A DNA stretch of 64,000 nt, from assembly GCA_026770705.1 (NCBI GenBank), contig JANJGN010000026.1:33604001-33668000 (forward strand), in the 5' to 3' direction. Below are positions 37,675 to 50,706 of the stretch, in pieces. This DNA comes from Isurus oxyrinchus (lineage: Eukaryota). The notes beneath the pieces are model-generated. The model was not told the DNA's origin, ran no database searches, and worked only from the letters and a program-made list of their open reading frames with translations. Each line of letters starts with the position of its first letter. Positions within the stretch are counted from its first letter, which is position 1. The position numbers and the translations under genes were made by a program.

Positions 37675-40319
37675 GAACATGGTGGGATTACAGACATACA
37701 ATGACACAGAGTGCAGGGATATTGGGAACTCAAACATTATTCACGAACATTTTCTCAAAGGTTGTCCGCATTTTACCGCACAGGATAAAGTGCTTAAACT
37801 GATCAGGTCTGCATTTCCTTCTCGCTCCTCCCACCCTTGAATTCTCCTCTCTGCCCAATGCTCCTGTGAATATACTTCATGAAATTATTTCACATTCTCA
37901 TACTCCATTATTTCCCATGAATCGGTATTTTACCGATTCATAATAACTCAAGTGAGTTTATTGCCACCTTTTTCTACGGGGACCGGGAGATTTTTTCTCT
38001 CTCTCTTGTTTGGTCCAGTCCGCCTTTTACCGATTGAGTTGATAAGAAGTCACCGCCTCCTGTGATTTCCCGGATTCTGCCTACGATCGGCTGAGAGATT
38101 CCCTCAACTCAACAGGACATTTACTGTCTGTTGGAACCGAAAACTGGGGCACCTCTCGACTAGAAAGGATTTAGATCCAGACATGTAAGATAGCATTTCC
38201 CACAATTGAGCGTAGCTGGGAGTGGCATCTATCTGTGACACGGACCGCTCTGCACTCGGGACAAACGGGCCGCACATGCGGACTGGAACAACACAGCCTC
38301 TTACAATCGGCCTGTTCTATTTTAATCAACCGCCGCAGCCGCGCAGCGGGTTACTGGCCTCAAACATGACCGAAATCAAGTTTTATGAAGCTGATCAATG
38401 ATTTCCCCATAATGGATGACGTCAAAATGCCTTCTATCAGTCACAGCCCATGTTTCATCCAATCAACCAGGGCCAGGGTGTCGGGGACCGGTGGGTGGGG
38501 GAACAGCCGGGAGTGGGGCGCCTCCAGCTCAGCTGACAGCCTGGGCATAAGAATGGAGGCTATTTGACTAAAGGATGTAATCAGGAGCGAAATGGTGCTG
38601 GGCAAATAAATTACAACTGTTTCAAAGTCTGGATTTAGCTCAGTTTAGGGCCCCATTGTTCATAATTGATATTAGAACATGCCTGGAGGCCGGATGTTAC
38701 GTCACTATCCGTGTTCTCCTCTGTCTCCCCTGAGCAATTAGAGCTGCTCCGTCTGGTCTCACTACCTTCTCCCGTTCCTCATTTAGATCAAGGGGGCGCT
38801 AATAAGATGATTTTGACCAGGTTCTCTCTTTCACCTGGCGACTCCTGTAAAGGGTACAAAGATATGAAGTCGAGGTAACTCTTTTTAGGCGAGGCCCCCA
38901 GAAGAAGTCCAGAATAAGCGTTGTCCACAAGTTGTTCATGCCCTGACAAGGTGTCTCAGGGAGTCTCCCGATGTGGTTCACTTCACAGGTGCAGCAACAA
39001 TGAGCATGAAAGGGTGACCCCCTGTCAGTGGCGAGCGTCCCTTTAAACTGCGCTTGCAATTAACACCAAGATCGTGTTTTTTCCCGATCACCTGGACTCT
39101 GTTGGAGAGTGCTTTACTTGAAGCATTTGCACCAACCGCTGTGCAGCATCTTTAAGTAAAGCGAGCAGGCATTTTTGCAGCCTCACTGCGGCTCCCAGCT
39201 CTGACTTCAACTTCTTTATCGACATTACCTCGTGATCCCGAGTTCCATACTCCTCAGTCTGGAGAAACTTCCACCCAGTATCTGCCCTGTAAAGCCCCTG
39301 AAGAATACTATTTGTGTTCATGAGATCACCTCTCATCCTCTTAAACTCTAGGGATTATAGGCCCGGGCTACTCAATCTCTTCCCATTAGACAATCCATTC
39401 ATCTCAGGAATCAGCCTGATGCACCTTTGCTGCACTCCTTCCAAAGCATCTTGATCTCTCTTCTGTAAGGACACCAAAACTTTACACAGTATTTCAGACT
39501 GGAGTCCATTTCAGTCCTCCCCTGCATAAAACTCACCCAGCATCCTGGGGTCGGATTGCACTTTGAAAGGCGTCCAGAGATCATCCAATCCTTTTCTCCC
39601 TTTGGACGAGCTATTTCTTGCTGGTTGTCAATGATCATGCACCAGTTTCTAATTGTTCCCTTATGTTCATGTTCTCCTTTATAAGATTAATGCATCATCC
39701 TTATTCTCTCACTGCACTATGTTGTTTCCATTAACATTAATCAGGGATACAGATAAATTACAGCAATCCCAACTCTCAACATCTGCTTTAAAATAGAGAG
39801 AAGTGTCTGCAGTTCCAAACTTTCACGTTTCAGCCTGAGGGCTGAAAAGGAGGAGAGTGATTGGTTCTACGAAGACAATTGAAAGATATGGCGGGGACAA
39901 TGTCGCTAATTTCAGTCATTGATTGTCCAATAATAAAATTCCATATTTACCCACATCAGGATCACTTATATCTGAAGTCCGTTGTGTCACTCTCCCGTTT
40001 TTCTCCCGGGTCAGGTATTGAACAAGCCACTGCAGGTATCCAAACTTGCCGCAGTTGTGTTGAGTTTATTCACCTGGTGCCTCATTCACATTGTACGGCT
40101 TGAGAGACTTGCAGTTGTTAACCATTTACACTGTTCAGTTTCTGAATTCCAAACAGAACGGTTAAACGAGTGGTTTCTGCAGTGCGGCCGCCGACAGCTC
40201 AAAGACCGTTGATCAGCGGAACCGGTTTTAGTCACGTTGAAATCACACAATGGGACAAAATTAAAACACAATTTGCTGGAATTCAGAAATTGAACCGGAT
40301 TTTATAGAATGAGCTGTTG

Positions 40320-40320
40320 G

Positions 40321-40354
<34 letters not shown>

Positions 40355-40690
40355 GTCTATTTCTCCCTGCCTCTATATCTTTCCTTCTTTCCCTGTCTCT
40401 GTCTGGGCCTCTCTCCCTTTGTCTATTGCATTCTCCTTTCCTTTCTAAATTTCTGTCTTTGTTGTTGTGTCTCTCAGTTGTCTCTCGCAATCTCTCTCTC
40501 TCTCTCTCCCTCTCTCTCTCCCTCTCTCCCTCTTTCTCTCTCACCCCCTCCCGTCTCTCTCGCACACACACTTTCTGCTCTCTGCGTCAATCTTTGTCTC
40601 CATCCTGTGACTCTTTCTGAGTGTCTCGGCATATTTTCCTCCTTTTCTCTCCCTCATCTCTCACTTTCTCTCTTTCATTCTACTTTCCTT
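40320..40690. repeat. CT-rich microsatellite/low-complexity tract
   Basis: (CT)n runs. Confidence 0.85.
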
Positions 40691-43600
40691 GGCTTTCATG
40701 CTCTACTTTCATTGGTTCCAATCGAAAGTGTCACTTTTCCCTTTTTTGTTCAGAATCCGAAATATTCGCAAACTTGACTTTCTGTCAATAAAACGTTTTA
40801 ACTTTGGATGCAAATTTACAGCCGGAAAGCGTCGGTTTCTGATTCTGGTGCTGTCAGAGGTGAAGATTCAGTGTTCACAAAATGAACTCCCACCATTCAG
40901 GTTATATGGCAGCCCAGCGATATTTTCCGTACAGTGCCTATATCGGTTTGTATCACTGAATATTTAGCACACAATAAAACATCCCACTGTCACTCAGTTC
41001 TACATCTGTCAGGATTAAACTGAAAAAACGATCTGATACCCGGAGTGTTGAATAGATTCGGCCGCCCACACTCTCTGCTTACTGCCCTCCCTCTGAATTC
41101 ATTTTGATTTTCAGTGTCAGCGCCTTCTCGTTTCTTTGGTGCCAGAAAAGATCATATCGGCGGCGACCTGTGGAGTTTCAACAGGGCAATACCATTCATC
41201 CTTTCTCCAAACATGATACTGATGATGCAGGTTGCTTAATTGTGTTTGAATAGTACAGACTTTCGAATAGTCAATGAACAGAAGACAAATGGATGTTTAG
41301 ATACTGGAGACAACAATAAATCCTCGTTCCTTTCCTTCATCGCACCAACATTGTATGAGGCCATTCAGCTCATCGTGTCAGTGTAGCATCTTTGGCAGAG
41401 GCACCAAATTGTTCGCACTTCACTGTTCACCCTGCTTTGTCTTGCAAAGGTTTCCATTTCAAGTAGTTACCCAATTATGTTTTTGACATTTGTTATTGAA
41501 ACTGCTTCCACCAACCTATCCGGCAGTGCATTCCACAACTCAACAACTTAGAGTGCAAATAAATGGCTGCTCAGGTTGCCTTTGATTCTTTTGCGAATTA
41601 ATTCAAATCTAAGTTCTCTGATTACCGAGATTTCCGCCGGTGGATGCAACTTCCCTTATTTATTCAACTAAAACAGCTCATAATTGTTAATATCTCCATC
41701 GCATGTTCTCTCAATCTTTTCTGTTCAACACAGAACAACCGCAGATTCTCAAGTCGCTCCACAAAGCTAAAGCCTCTCATCAGTTGAAGCTTCCTAATAA
41801 ATCTCTCCCGCACCTTCTGCAAGACCGTCAAATCATTCATCAGGTGTGGTTCACATATTTATACACAACAGTCCAACTGAGAACTTAACAGCCTTCTAGA
41901 AATGTTTAGCAAAGCATCCTAATCCTATTGATAAAATCAAGAATTTAAATTCATTTTTACAGCAGTCCCAGCCTCCACTACCAACTTCAAACGTTTGTGC
42001 ACTTTGCAAAGTCTCCATCTCTCTGTTCCGACAGCGCCAATGAACTTGCATCATTATGTTCATATCGGATATCCTCATCACCTTCAGGCATGAAGAAAGT
42101 CAAACAGATAGGTGAGCAAAAAGTATCTGGAGAGGTGCAGAAGGGCGAACTGCAAGATACAGAACCATATGTAGATAACTGTTGAATACCTTTAACAGAA
42201 TGCACATCACTTAACTTGCTGGGATTGGGGGGTCTGGTGGTTGGGGGTTCCAAACAATTACATATTGTGTGGAGTCAGGATGTCACATCGGAAAGACAGG
42301 GATAGTTTTTTTGTACGGGCCTCTCGTTGTCTGGTGACGTTCTGTTTCCTAGAACCTAGCTATCCACAGTGCTGTCAGACAACTTCGCCTAGTGAATGGT
42401 TAAATGGACCGTTCTTGCAGCTTTATGTAAGGTAGCACATATCACATGCTTCCCAAAGATGTTTGTTATGACTTGGCAGGCCTGGATGTGTGCCAGACGG
42501 ACCAAACCCACAAGGGAAACTTGGCCACGTTATCACAGTTTTGCAATTTGTTTTTATTCCGAGCAGTTTTGTGCACTGAATTCAGAAGTAATGAGCCTAC
42601 TGGAACCTTTAGAGATTTTTTAAAAACCATATTTAAACATATATTAACAACAGGAAATATTTCAAACACACACACATACGTTTAGAGTTGCTGAGTACTA
42701 TAACAAATATAAAACTTCCTAATTTACCTGATTTCAACCTGCACACACCTATTGGGGAAATATTCTAAAATAGATTTTAAATTAAAGTAAATACAAGCAA
42801 GCAAGGTTAGCAAAGGACACACTCGACAGCAGAATTCCAAAGGCTTTTACCCAACTTTAGCTCCTCGACACAGTTGACGTTTGCTCACATGGTTAGAGGC
42901 TTCCCCAAGGCTATTTCACACACTCCTGTTAGATCTTACATACTTCCTGAAACACGGGCCCCATTACCTCAGTGGGTTGAATGATTGTGAATATCGGTGT
43001 CAAGCAGATGAAAGGCAGCATGTTATCAGATTAAGAAACACACCAGTAACAGAGGCTCAGGCCCACAGCAAAAACTTCATAAATCCTGAACAATATGGTA
43101 TTGGGCACAATCCACCCTCCGAGTGAACAGTGGAGTTACATGAGTCAGCTACCTGAAAAATTCAAAGGAATTTAAATCTCTGCGATCCATGTGTGGAAAT
43201 GGCAGCTTCGATGACAGGCTGACAGGTTGTTCGACATATGTCAATTTCCATTACCCCCCGAATCAACATCACTGAAGCAGATCACCAGGTCATTATCACC
43301 TTGTTCTTTGTGGGAGCTTGAGGTGGTAAATTGCCTGCCATGTTTCCCACATAAAGACACTCCAAAGCCTTCTTTGGTTGTAAAGTGCTTTTTAAAGTTC
43401 TGATGTCATGAAAGGCACTGTATAAATACATGTTCTTCTTTCCTTATTGTTCTTGAGAGGCATTTTGAGAATCAGAGCCGGAAGATGGGGTTGAGTTCTT
43501 TATACTAAGTGCAGTGTTAAACGTTACAATAAAACTCACCATCTGGACTCTCTCTCCCTCTGTATTTTACTCTCTTTGTGTATCTTTGTGTCACTCTCTA

Positions 43601-44001
43601 GCTCTTTATTTCCATAACTCTATCTCTGAATTGTTGTGTGTCTTGAAGGAAGTTGAAGAAAGAAATATGCACACAAATTAAGGAATTTAGTAACAAACAG
43701 ATTAATAATAATGGGGCTTGCGCAACGTAGTATTACGTCAGTAGAAGAAGTATGTAAAGGGGCTAAGGGAATTGAGTTCCCACAGTGTGCACTGTTGTCT
43801 TTATAAAGCAAAATGCAAATAAAAAAGAAAGGCAAGGTAACGGCGAATGAAACTGATCAGGGTGAGAAGTAAAGGCAGTGGAGCATCTAGGCATTGATGA
43901 CTATAACAAAATATGCTCCAAGATGAGGATAGGGATTAATAAAATTTTGAGGGAAACCAACTAACCATCTGGTTGATTGAACGCTAGGCAATTCCAGTGA
44001 A

Positions 44002-44083
44002 GCGGGATGGTCGAGTGATTGAGGTAATGGGCATAAAATAGAATAAATGAATGCTCACGTGCAATTGAACTCCATTCCTGGGA
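44002..44083 (+). pseudogene. Highly degenerate tRNA-Leu(TAA)-like remnant
   Basis: GCGGGATGGTCGAGTGATTGAGG...CATAAAA...TTGAACTCCATTCCTGGGA follows the layout of tRNA-Leu(TAA). Confidence 0.35.
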
Positions 44084-45016
44084 GTTTGTTTATCAGTGCT
44101 GCTCCTACTTTTGTTGATTAAGGAAAATGGAGGTAAGGTACTGAAGTTGATGGACAGAGCAACAATTCTCTTAGTAAATGCAGAGCAAGCTCGAGGGGCT
44201 GAATAGCCTCCTTCTGTTCGTGTACGGAAATATTATGACTCCAGATGCAGAGGTTAAGTTTGTCCCAGGGAGAGAGATGCAGAGAGGGGGACCGAAAAAT
44301 AGAATGTTGGGCTGACAGGGAAATAACAAGCAATTTATTTAAAGCAAAAAGAAATTTTGGCACAGTGTGTGACAATGACAGATAAGTTCAGGGGTTTAAA
44401 AGACGCTCTTGGAAAGTCAGTTGTTGAAGGCGATTGGGATTTAATTGGGGCAACTGAAGGCAATTGGGATTAAAACCATTAAATACTGTAGTGTTTAACA
44501 AAACAATGTTGTAGAATTGGCGGGTATATGAACTCCTCGTATTTCTGTCTTACATCTCCCCATCTTTTAGCAGTTTAATAAAAACAACTAATAAATAGTG
44601 GAGGTGAGTGGGGATGTTAGAGACTGCCGCTCTCAACTACCACATTTTCTAACCACCTAGCCTCAATGCCTGAGGGACGTGCAGCTGTTAACCGTTCTCA
44701 CTGTTCAGTTTCTCCAGTTCTAAACAGCAGTTAAACGATCGGTTTCTGTACTGCGGTCGCTGACAGTTCGATGTCCGTTGCTCAGCAGAACCGGATTTAG
44801 TCAGACTGAAATCGCACAATGGGACAAAATTAAAACACAATTTGCTGGAAATCAGAAATTGAACCGAAGGATTTGATAGAATGAGCGGCAGGCTCTCTCT
44901 CTCTCTCTTTGACTGTCTCTGTTTCTCCCTGCCTCTATATCTTTCTGTCTCTGTCCTCGTCTGCCCCTCTCTCCCTTAGACTAACAGTTGCGTCAAATCT
45001 GGGTGTGATTTACAGG

Positions 45017-45240
45017 GACATTATAGAGGGAGCTTTACTCTGGATCTAACCCCGTGCTGTACCTGTCCTGGGGGTGTTTGATGGGGACAGTATGCAGGAA
45101 GCTTTACTCTGTATCTAACCCCGTGCTTTACCTGCTCTGGGAGTGTTTGATGTGGATGTTATAGGGGAAGCTTTATTCTGTATCTAACCCCGTGCTGTAT
45201 CTGCCCTGGGTTTCTTTTTGACAAATTAGAGGGAGCTTTA
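45017..45240. repeat. ~69-bp tandem repeat (3+ copies)
   Basis: AGGGAGCTTTACTCTGTATCTAACCCCGTGCTGTACCTGTCCTGGGAGTGTTTGATGG units. Confidence 0.85.
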
Positions 45241-46704
45241 CTTCGAGAGGGAATGAAATAGAGAAAGGACGCGCAGAGAGAGGACGAGAGAGAGTTCGGG
45301 AGCATTAACTTTTCATATGTACTTTAAAAATTATATTATTGTTCTAAAATGAGTTGGTTTTGTAGTTAAACAGACTGTCTTTTTTTTCCAGACCTGTTTG
45401 GCCGGACATTCAGAAACACAAGATCTTTTTTAAGAAATTGCTTTTTACTGAAATAATCCTTTTCGGTTCAATCAAAGAAGTTCCTCGGGATTATTTTCCT
45501 GTCGAACTTTTTAGCTTTTGATCTTTTATGCGCCCTGGCATTTGAAAACCAACTGCTAACTGAATCCTAACGGAAAGTTTTCTGCTCGTGTTTGCACCGA
45601 CTGTATTACGTTCAATGTTACCGTGCATAACTTCGTTTCATCTGGTATGTTTCACTTTCAGTTAGGTTTAAACATCATTGTGTCAGATAGCTTGGAAATT
45701 GAAAATAAGATGATTTTGAAAATAACTTGATTTCTTTCACTATGTTGTCTGCTATGTTCCATTCTATTGCAGTTTTAGCTCCTTACTTTGCTCAGGAGTA
45801 TTATAACAAATTATACACATCTTGTGAAATTCATCAATCGGTTTACTTTGTCTGTTTCTCTCTGTCTAACTTCATTCGATTCCATGGATATGTTTTGTCC
45901 AAGTAGAGATTAACACCATATCTCAGCAACTGTAATTTTTGATGATTCATATTTGGCACTAATTCCGATGTGTCAATGAAGAGAAAATGTCCACTAAATG
46001 GAAGCAACATCCTGTTCAGTGGGGAATTTGTAATCAACATGGGAGATAAGAGTGACTGATGATTTAGTAGAAGTGCCAGCGAGATTTGATTTAATCACAC
46101 GACACTTTTAAATGCTGCATTAAGAGGGCAGCAAAGAGACCAAATATATCAGGGAATATATGAATACAGCCAGAAGTTGCTTCCCAACACGAATTACCTT
46201 GCTAGGCCATTCTAGAGGGCACTTAAAGCTCAACTACATGGCTGGGGCTGTGGAGTCACATGCAGGCCAGACCACGTAAGGACTGCAGGTTCCCTTCTCT
46301 AAAGGACATTAGAGAATCAGATTTTTTATGACAATAGATGATCGCCATTGGGACTAAGCTGTTTTCAATTCGAGATTGGTTTTATTAATTAATTGAACAG
46401 ATTCAATTCCACTAGTTGCTGTGGGGCGGGGGGGGGGGGGGGGGGGGGGGGGTGGGGGGGGTGAGATTGAACCCAGTCTCCACATCAGCACCGCCTGAGA
46501 GTTGGAGAAGTTTTGTAAAGCAGGGAGAACAGAATAGAATCAGGAGGATAACAATCCTGGAAATATTGCACCACATCATAAAGTAATCACGATGTAATAC
46601 AACGCAGTCAACATCTGTAAGTGACAGACACTGGCAGGTCAACGCGTTCCTAAGTGACCTAAGGCCTTACAGGGACCAGTGACATTGCAGCTACCCCACC
46701 GTCT

Positions 46705-47330
46705 TCAGTGAAGCCCAATGCAAACTGGAGGAACAACACCTCATCTTCCGACTAGGCACCTTACAGCCTTCCGGTCTGAATATTGAGTTCAACAACTTCA
46801 GGTCGTGAGCTCCCTACCCCATCCCCACCCCCTTTCTGTTTCCCCCTTTTTCCTTTTTTTTTCCTATAAATTATATAGATTTTTCTTTTCCCACCTATTT
46901 CCATTATTTTTAAATATTTTAAAATCTTTTATGCTCCCCCACCCCCACTAGAGCTGTACCTTGAGTGCCCTACCATCCATTCTTAATTAGCACATTCGTT
47001 TAGATAATATCACCAACTTTAACTTTAACACCTATGTGTTCTTTTGTACCATTGTCGCTGACATCTTTTGATGATCTGCTTCTATCATTGCTTGTTTGTC
47101 TAAACAACCACCTCTCTCTCTCTCTATCTCTCCGCCCCCCACACACACACCTTAAACCAGCTTAAATTTCAACTCTTTCTTGGACTGGAAATCAAGTTCT
47201 GTCGAAGGGTCATGAGGACTCGAAACGTCAACTCTTTTCTTCTCCGCCGATGCTGCCAGACCTGCTGAGTTTTTCCAGGTAATTCTGTTTTTGTTTTGGA
47301 TTTCCAGCATCCGCAATTTTTTTTGTTTTT
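46705..47330 (+). mobile_element. Penelope-like element 3' fragment / terminal repeat
   Basis: Near-identical to 13410-14040 (KLEEQHLIFRLGTLQPSGLNIEFNNFR* plus tail). Confidence 0.88.
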
Positions 47331-48344
47331 ATCTTGGTAGAAACATTTGCTCAAGTTTACAAACCGCCAGAAGAATTTACTGGAATGCATATATTTCACT
47401 GTGGATTTTTTTTTTCTGACTGGTATAACTGCCATCCTGCGGTTTTTGTTTTTCAGCTCAAAAAATAAACTAGGTCATCAAAACCCTGTTGTCTCAGATA
47501 TAGATAAAGGGAAGATGGAGGAGAGCAGATTAATGAGTCAAATTATCAGAAAAGTGAAGGCGAGCTGTTTTAAATCCAGTCCAATATTCTTAATGTGGGA
47601 GTAGAGAGCCTTTTGAGGGGCTGCGCTCAATAACTGTTCGTGGATTGGTGCACAGAATATCCCATTTGCTTACGCAGCGCCGCAAAGGCCAGTCCTGAGG
47701 CCAAGTCGAGTTACATACACCATTTGTACCAGTGTTGGGTGAAAAACAGAAAAAGATGTGGACAGGCCCACAAGTTGCTATAATTAATTTACTATTTCCA
47801 TCAACAATTACAGAAATCAAAGGACGGCCCAGTCCATCCAGACTGCCCCGTAGTAGGAATTAAGTAAATTGGAATTGCAGTCACTATGGTAATGTAGGAA
47901 ATGGTCAAATTATGCACAGCAAGCTCCCACAAAGAGCAGTGTGATCATTTGTTTCATTGATATCGTTTGAGGTTTAAATGCACGGGAGATTTGACCAGCT
48001 CTTTTGTGCAATAAGTGGTGGGGTGTTTAAGGTCCTCCTCGGGGAGGAGGGCGGGAGTGCGTGAGAGGCGGAATTTCCATTTAATAGCTCATCCGAAAAA
48101 TGCTACCACGGACATTGCAGCACTCCCTTCATACTGGCAGAAGTGTCAGCCTGAGTTATGTGCTCACGCCTCTAGAGTGGGGCCTGAACACACACATTTC
48201 TGATAGAGAAGCAGAGTTGTGAGATGGAACAGTTAAACTGAGCCGCGGATAGCACTTACCCACAAAGGGTGGGTTTCTATGAGCTGGTAGTTCTACATCA
48301 CTGCGGGTTTTTTTACAGCGACAGATGAGTTTTAAACCAATGTG

Positions 48345-48777
48345 TTGCGGCTGTGTCCTGGATTTCCGCTCAAGTGATCGTTAGAGGAAACTTCTTTCCT
48401 TCGTTAGTCTGACCCGCCTCGGATTTCCCTTTGGTAAAATCTGCATCTCTTTTACTGCTTCTATCTCGATACAAAATAAAACGCAGAACCTGATTCGTGT
48501 GCTGTCTGTACCAGTACAGGCCGGGATTACTATGATTTGTTGTGTAGCTACAGTCTATTTTCTTGCTGTCTCCTTCAGTAACATGCAGTGAGGTCTGAGG
48601 TTGGGACACAGAATCTGCCTGAATCAAACCTGAAATAAAACGTAACGAAAAACGAATGCAATACTGAGTTTAAAAGTCTATTAACATCACATAACTGCAA
48701 ACGGATAAAATGATCTGGCTGCACCTACCGAACATCAGCCACAATAAAATCAGATGACGATGTGGCATAAGCCACAT
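48345..48777 (-). pseudogene. TCR alpha/delta V pseudogene (leader 48729-48777, V exon 48345-48629), inverted
   Basis: MWLMPHRHLILLWLMF G|LIQADSVSQPQTSLHVTEGDSKKIDCSY...LYWYRQ...FPLTIT*AEIQDTAA; stop in FR3, YYC deleted; RSS CACATTG-23-AAAAAAACC at 48306-48344. Confidence 0.88.
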
Positions 48778-49016
48778 TATATCCTGAGCAACAATCTCTT
48801 CGAAAAGCAGATATATTTACTTTTGCAATCTGTTACATTAAGAAACAGTTCTCCAGAGAGCTTTAACGGAAGGGGAGTAAGGGGCGGGGGCTTTTGTCAT
48901 TCTTCTGTAATTCTTTTCCAATAAGAAGTAGCGAATGAGTAAACTCGGTCACCACATTTTGACACGAGTGCTGACTGGCCAAATATAGTTCCTCTACTTC
49001 CTCCTACGCCGTCTAA

Positions 49017-49026
49017 TGGCATCACT
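49017..49026 (-). promoter_or_regulatory. CRE-like TCR V promoter decamer
   Basis: AGTGATGCCA ~240 bp upstream of the leader ATG; AGTGACGTAA lies at a similar distance (50926-50935) upstream of the next V. Confidence 0.45.
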
Positions 49027-50168
49027 CAGTAGATGGAAGGAGGAGGGGACAATGTTTGGCGGCTGGGGGGAACTATTCTGGATGGAGCTTGTGTTTGGCA
49101 ATTCGCCCCTCCCTCCCCTCCTCAGACCTCTTGGTCAGGAGAGAAAATAATGAGGTACATTCTTCATGTTGCAGGAGGAAAATAGCGAACCAGAGAAACT
49201 CGGAGAGAGAATAACAGGACTGAAAAAGACGGAAGAGACACAAATAAGGAAGGGAAGGGTGAATAAGAAACACTGAGGAAGAAATCACACGATGATTGCC
49301 ATAAGGGAACAGCTGCTTTTCCTAGTGTTGTTCTAGCCATTGCCCAGTTATGGGCGATGGTGGCAAGATCGGCATTTATTGCCCATCCCTTGCTTCACAT
49401 AAGGATCTTATGATGAGCCTCCTCCTCCAACCACCAGTGTGTGTATGGTGAAGGTGCTCCACTGTACAGCTTACACCGGAGTGAGAATTGACTGTGGTTT
49501 GTAGGATTAATTGATAACACAGCACATAAAGAGGTCATTTGGTTAAGCGTGCATGTGCTTGAAGCCTGCAGGAGTTATCCAATAAACGCGAGGCTATTTT
49601 CTTTTTCTGTAGACCTGCATGTTTCATTTTGAAACATTTATCCAATTGCTTAATATTGTATCTGCTACCATCATTCTTTCAGGAAGGCTTTCAAGATCAC
49701 AATAACTCGCCTTGAAACAAATCATTAATCCCGCCACCCCGCCCCCACCCCCCCACCCCCCCCCCCCCCCCCCCCCCACACCCCCCCCACCCCTCGTCCC
49801 CGCCCTCCCCGGAATGATTAACTTGAATCGATACCATCTGTTTATCGACCCTCCTGCCAGAAGAAAAGGTTTCTCCTCATGTACTTTCTAAGGAAATTTT
49901 CATAAATTTGGTCACCTCAATTAAAATTCCCCTTACTTTCTCTGGTGCAAGGGAAAGAAAAGGTTTCTCGATTCACTCGAGCTAAATGATATCCGTAATC
50001 CTTGACACCATTGTGTTAGAACATGAAAAATGTGTTTTTCATCATTTTCTTAATGACAGATTTTATTTTTGAAGAGTTGCTCTGTGGCAGATGCCTTTTC
50101 TTATCTCTCCAGCTTTTCTCTGGTATAACGATGATTTATACGGAGTAGAGCGGCTTTGAAACACTGTG

Positions 50169-50706
50169 ACCTTCAATCCGCAGAAATAGATGGCGCTGTC
50201 TTTAGGCTCTGCTGCAGAAACTGACAAAGGAAAAACTTGATATTGACGGAAATCACGAGCATCGAATTTTCCGTTCGCAAACTCCGCATCCCTGCACCTA
50301 GTTTTATCATAGTACAACAGAGACTGGGATGCCTGTTTCGGGTACAGCCGGTACCAGCAGCAACACGGATCATGAGAACTGGAGTTGTATTTACAGTTCA
50401 AAAGTGGATTATCTCCCTCATGTACCTTCAACTCATATTGACTCTGCATTACCGAACTCCCTTGGGTTTTATCTGTAAAATAATATAGAAACTTCAGTTA
50501 ACACACTTACTGGTTACGAACATTCCAGTCCACAATTACGGTATAACTATTATAAGGGACATTTGGATAATTCACACTAGAGAAAGAAAGACATTTTAAA
50601 ATTTACGGATTACAAGGGGTAGAATGATAAGTCATATCAACACAGGGCTCACATGTCCCAGTATACCTATTACAAAGGAGATCAGGAACAGCTCAACAGC
50701 CGTCAT
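50169..50706 (-). CDS. TCR alpha/delta V segment, open frame, inverted (V exon 50169-50472; putative leader 50667-50706)
   Basis: tacag acceptor; KTQGSSVMQSQYELKVHEGDNPLLNCKYNSSSHDPCCCWYRLYPKQ...AEPKDSAIYFCGLK; CACAGTG at 50162-50168 with weak nonamer; leader donor ambiguous. Confidence 0.72.

Noticed and set aside
40302-40777. ER- and LS-rich ORFs
   Set aside because: Translation artefacts of the (CT)n microsatellite
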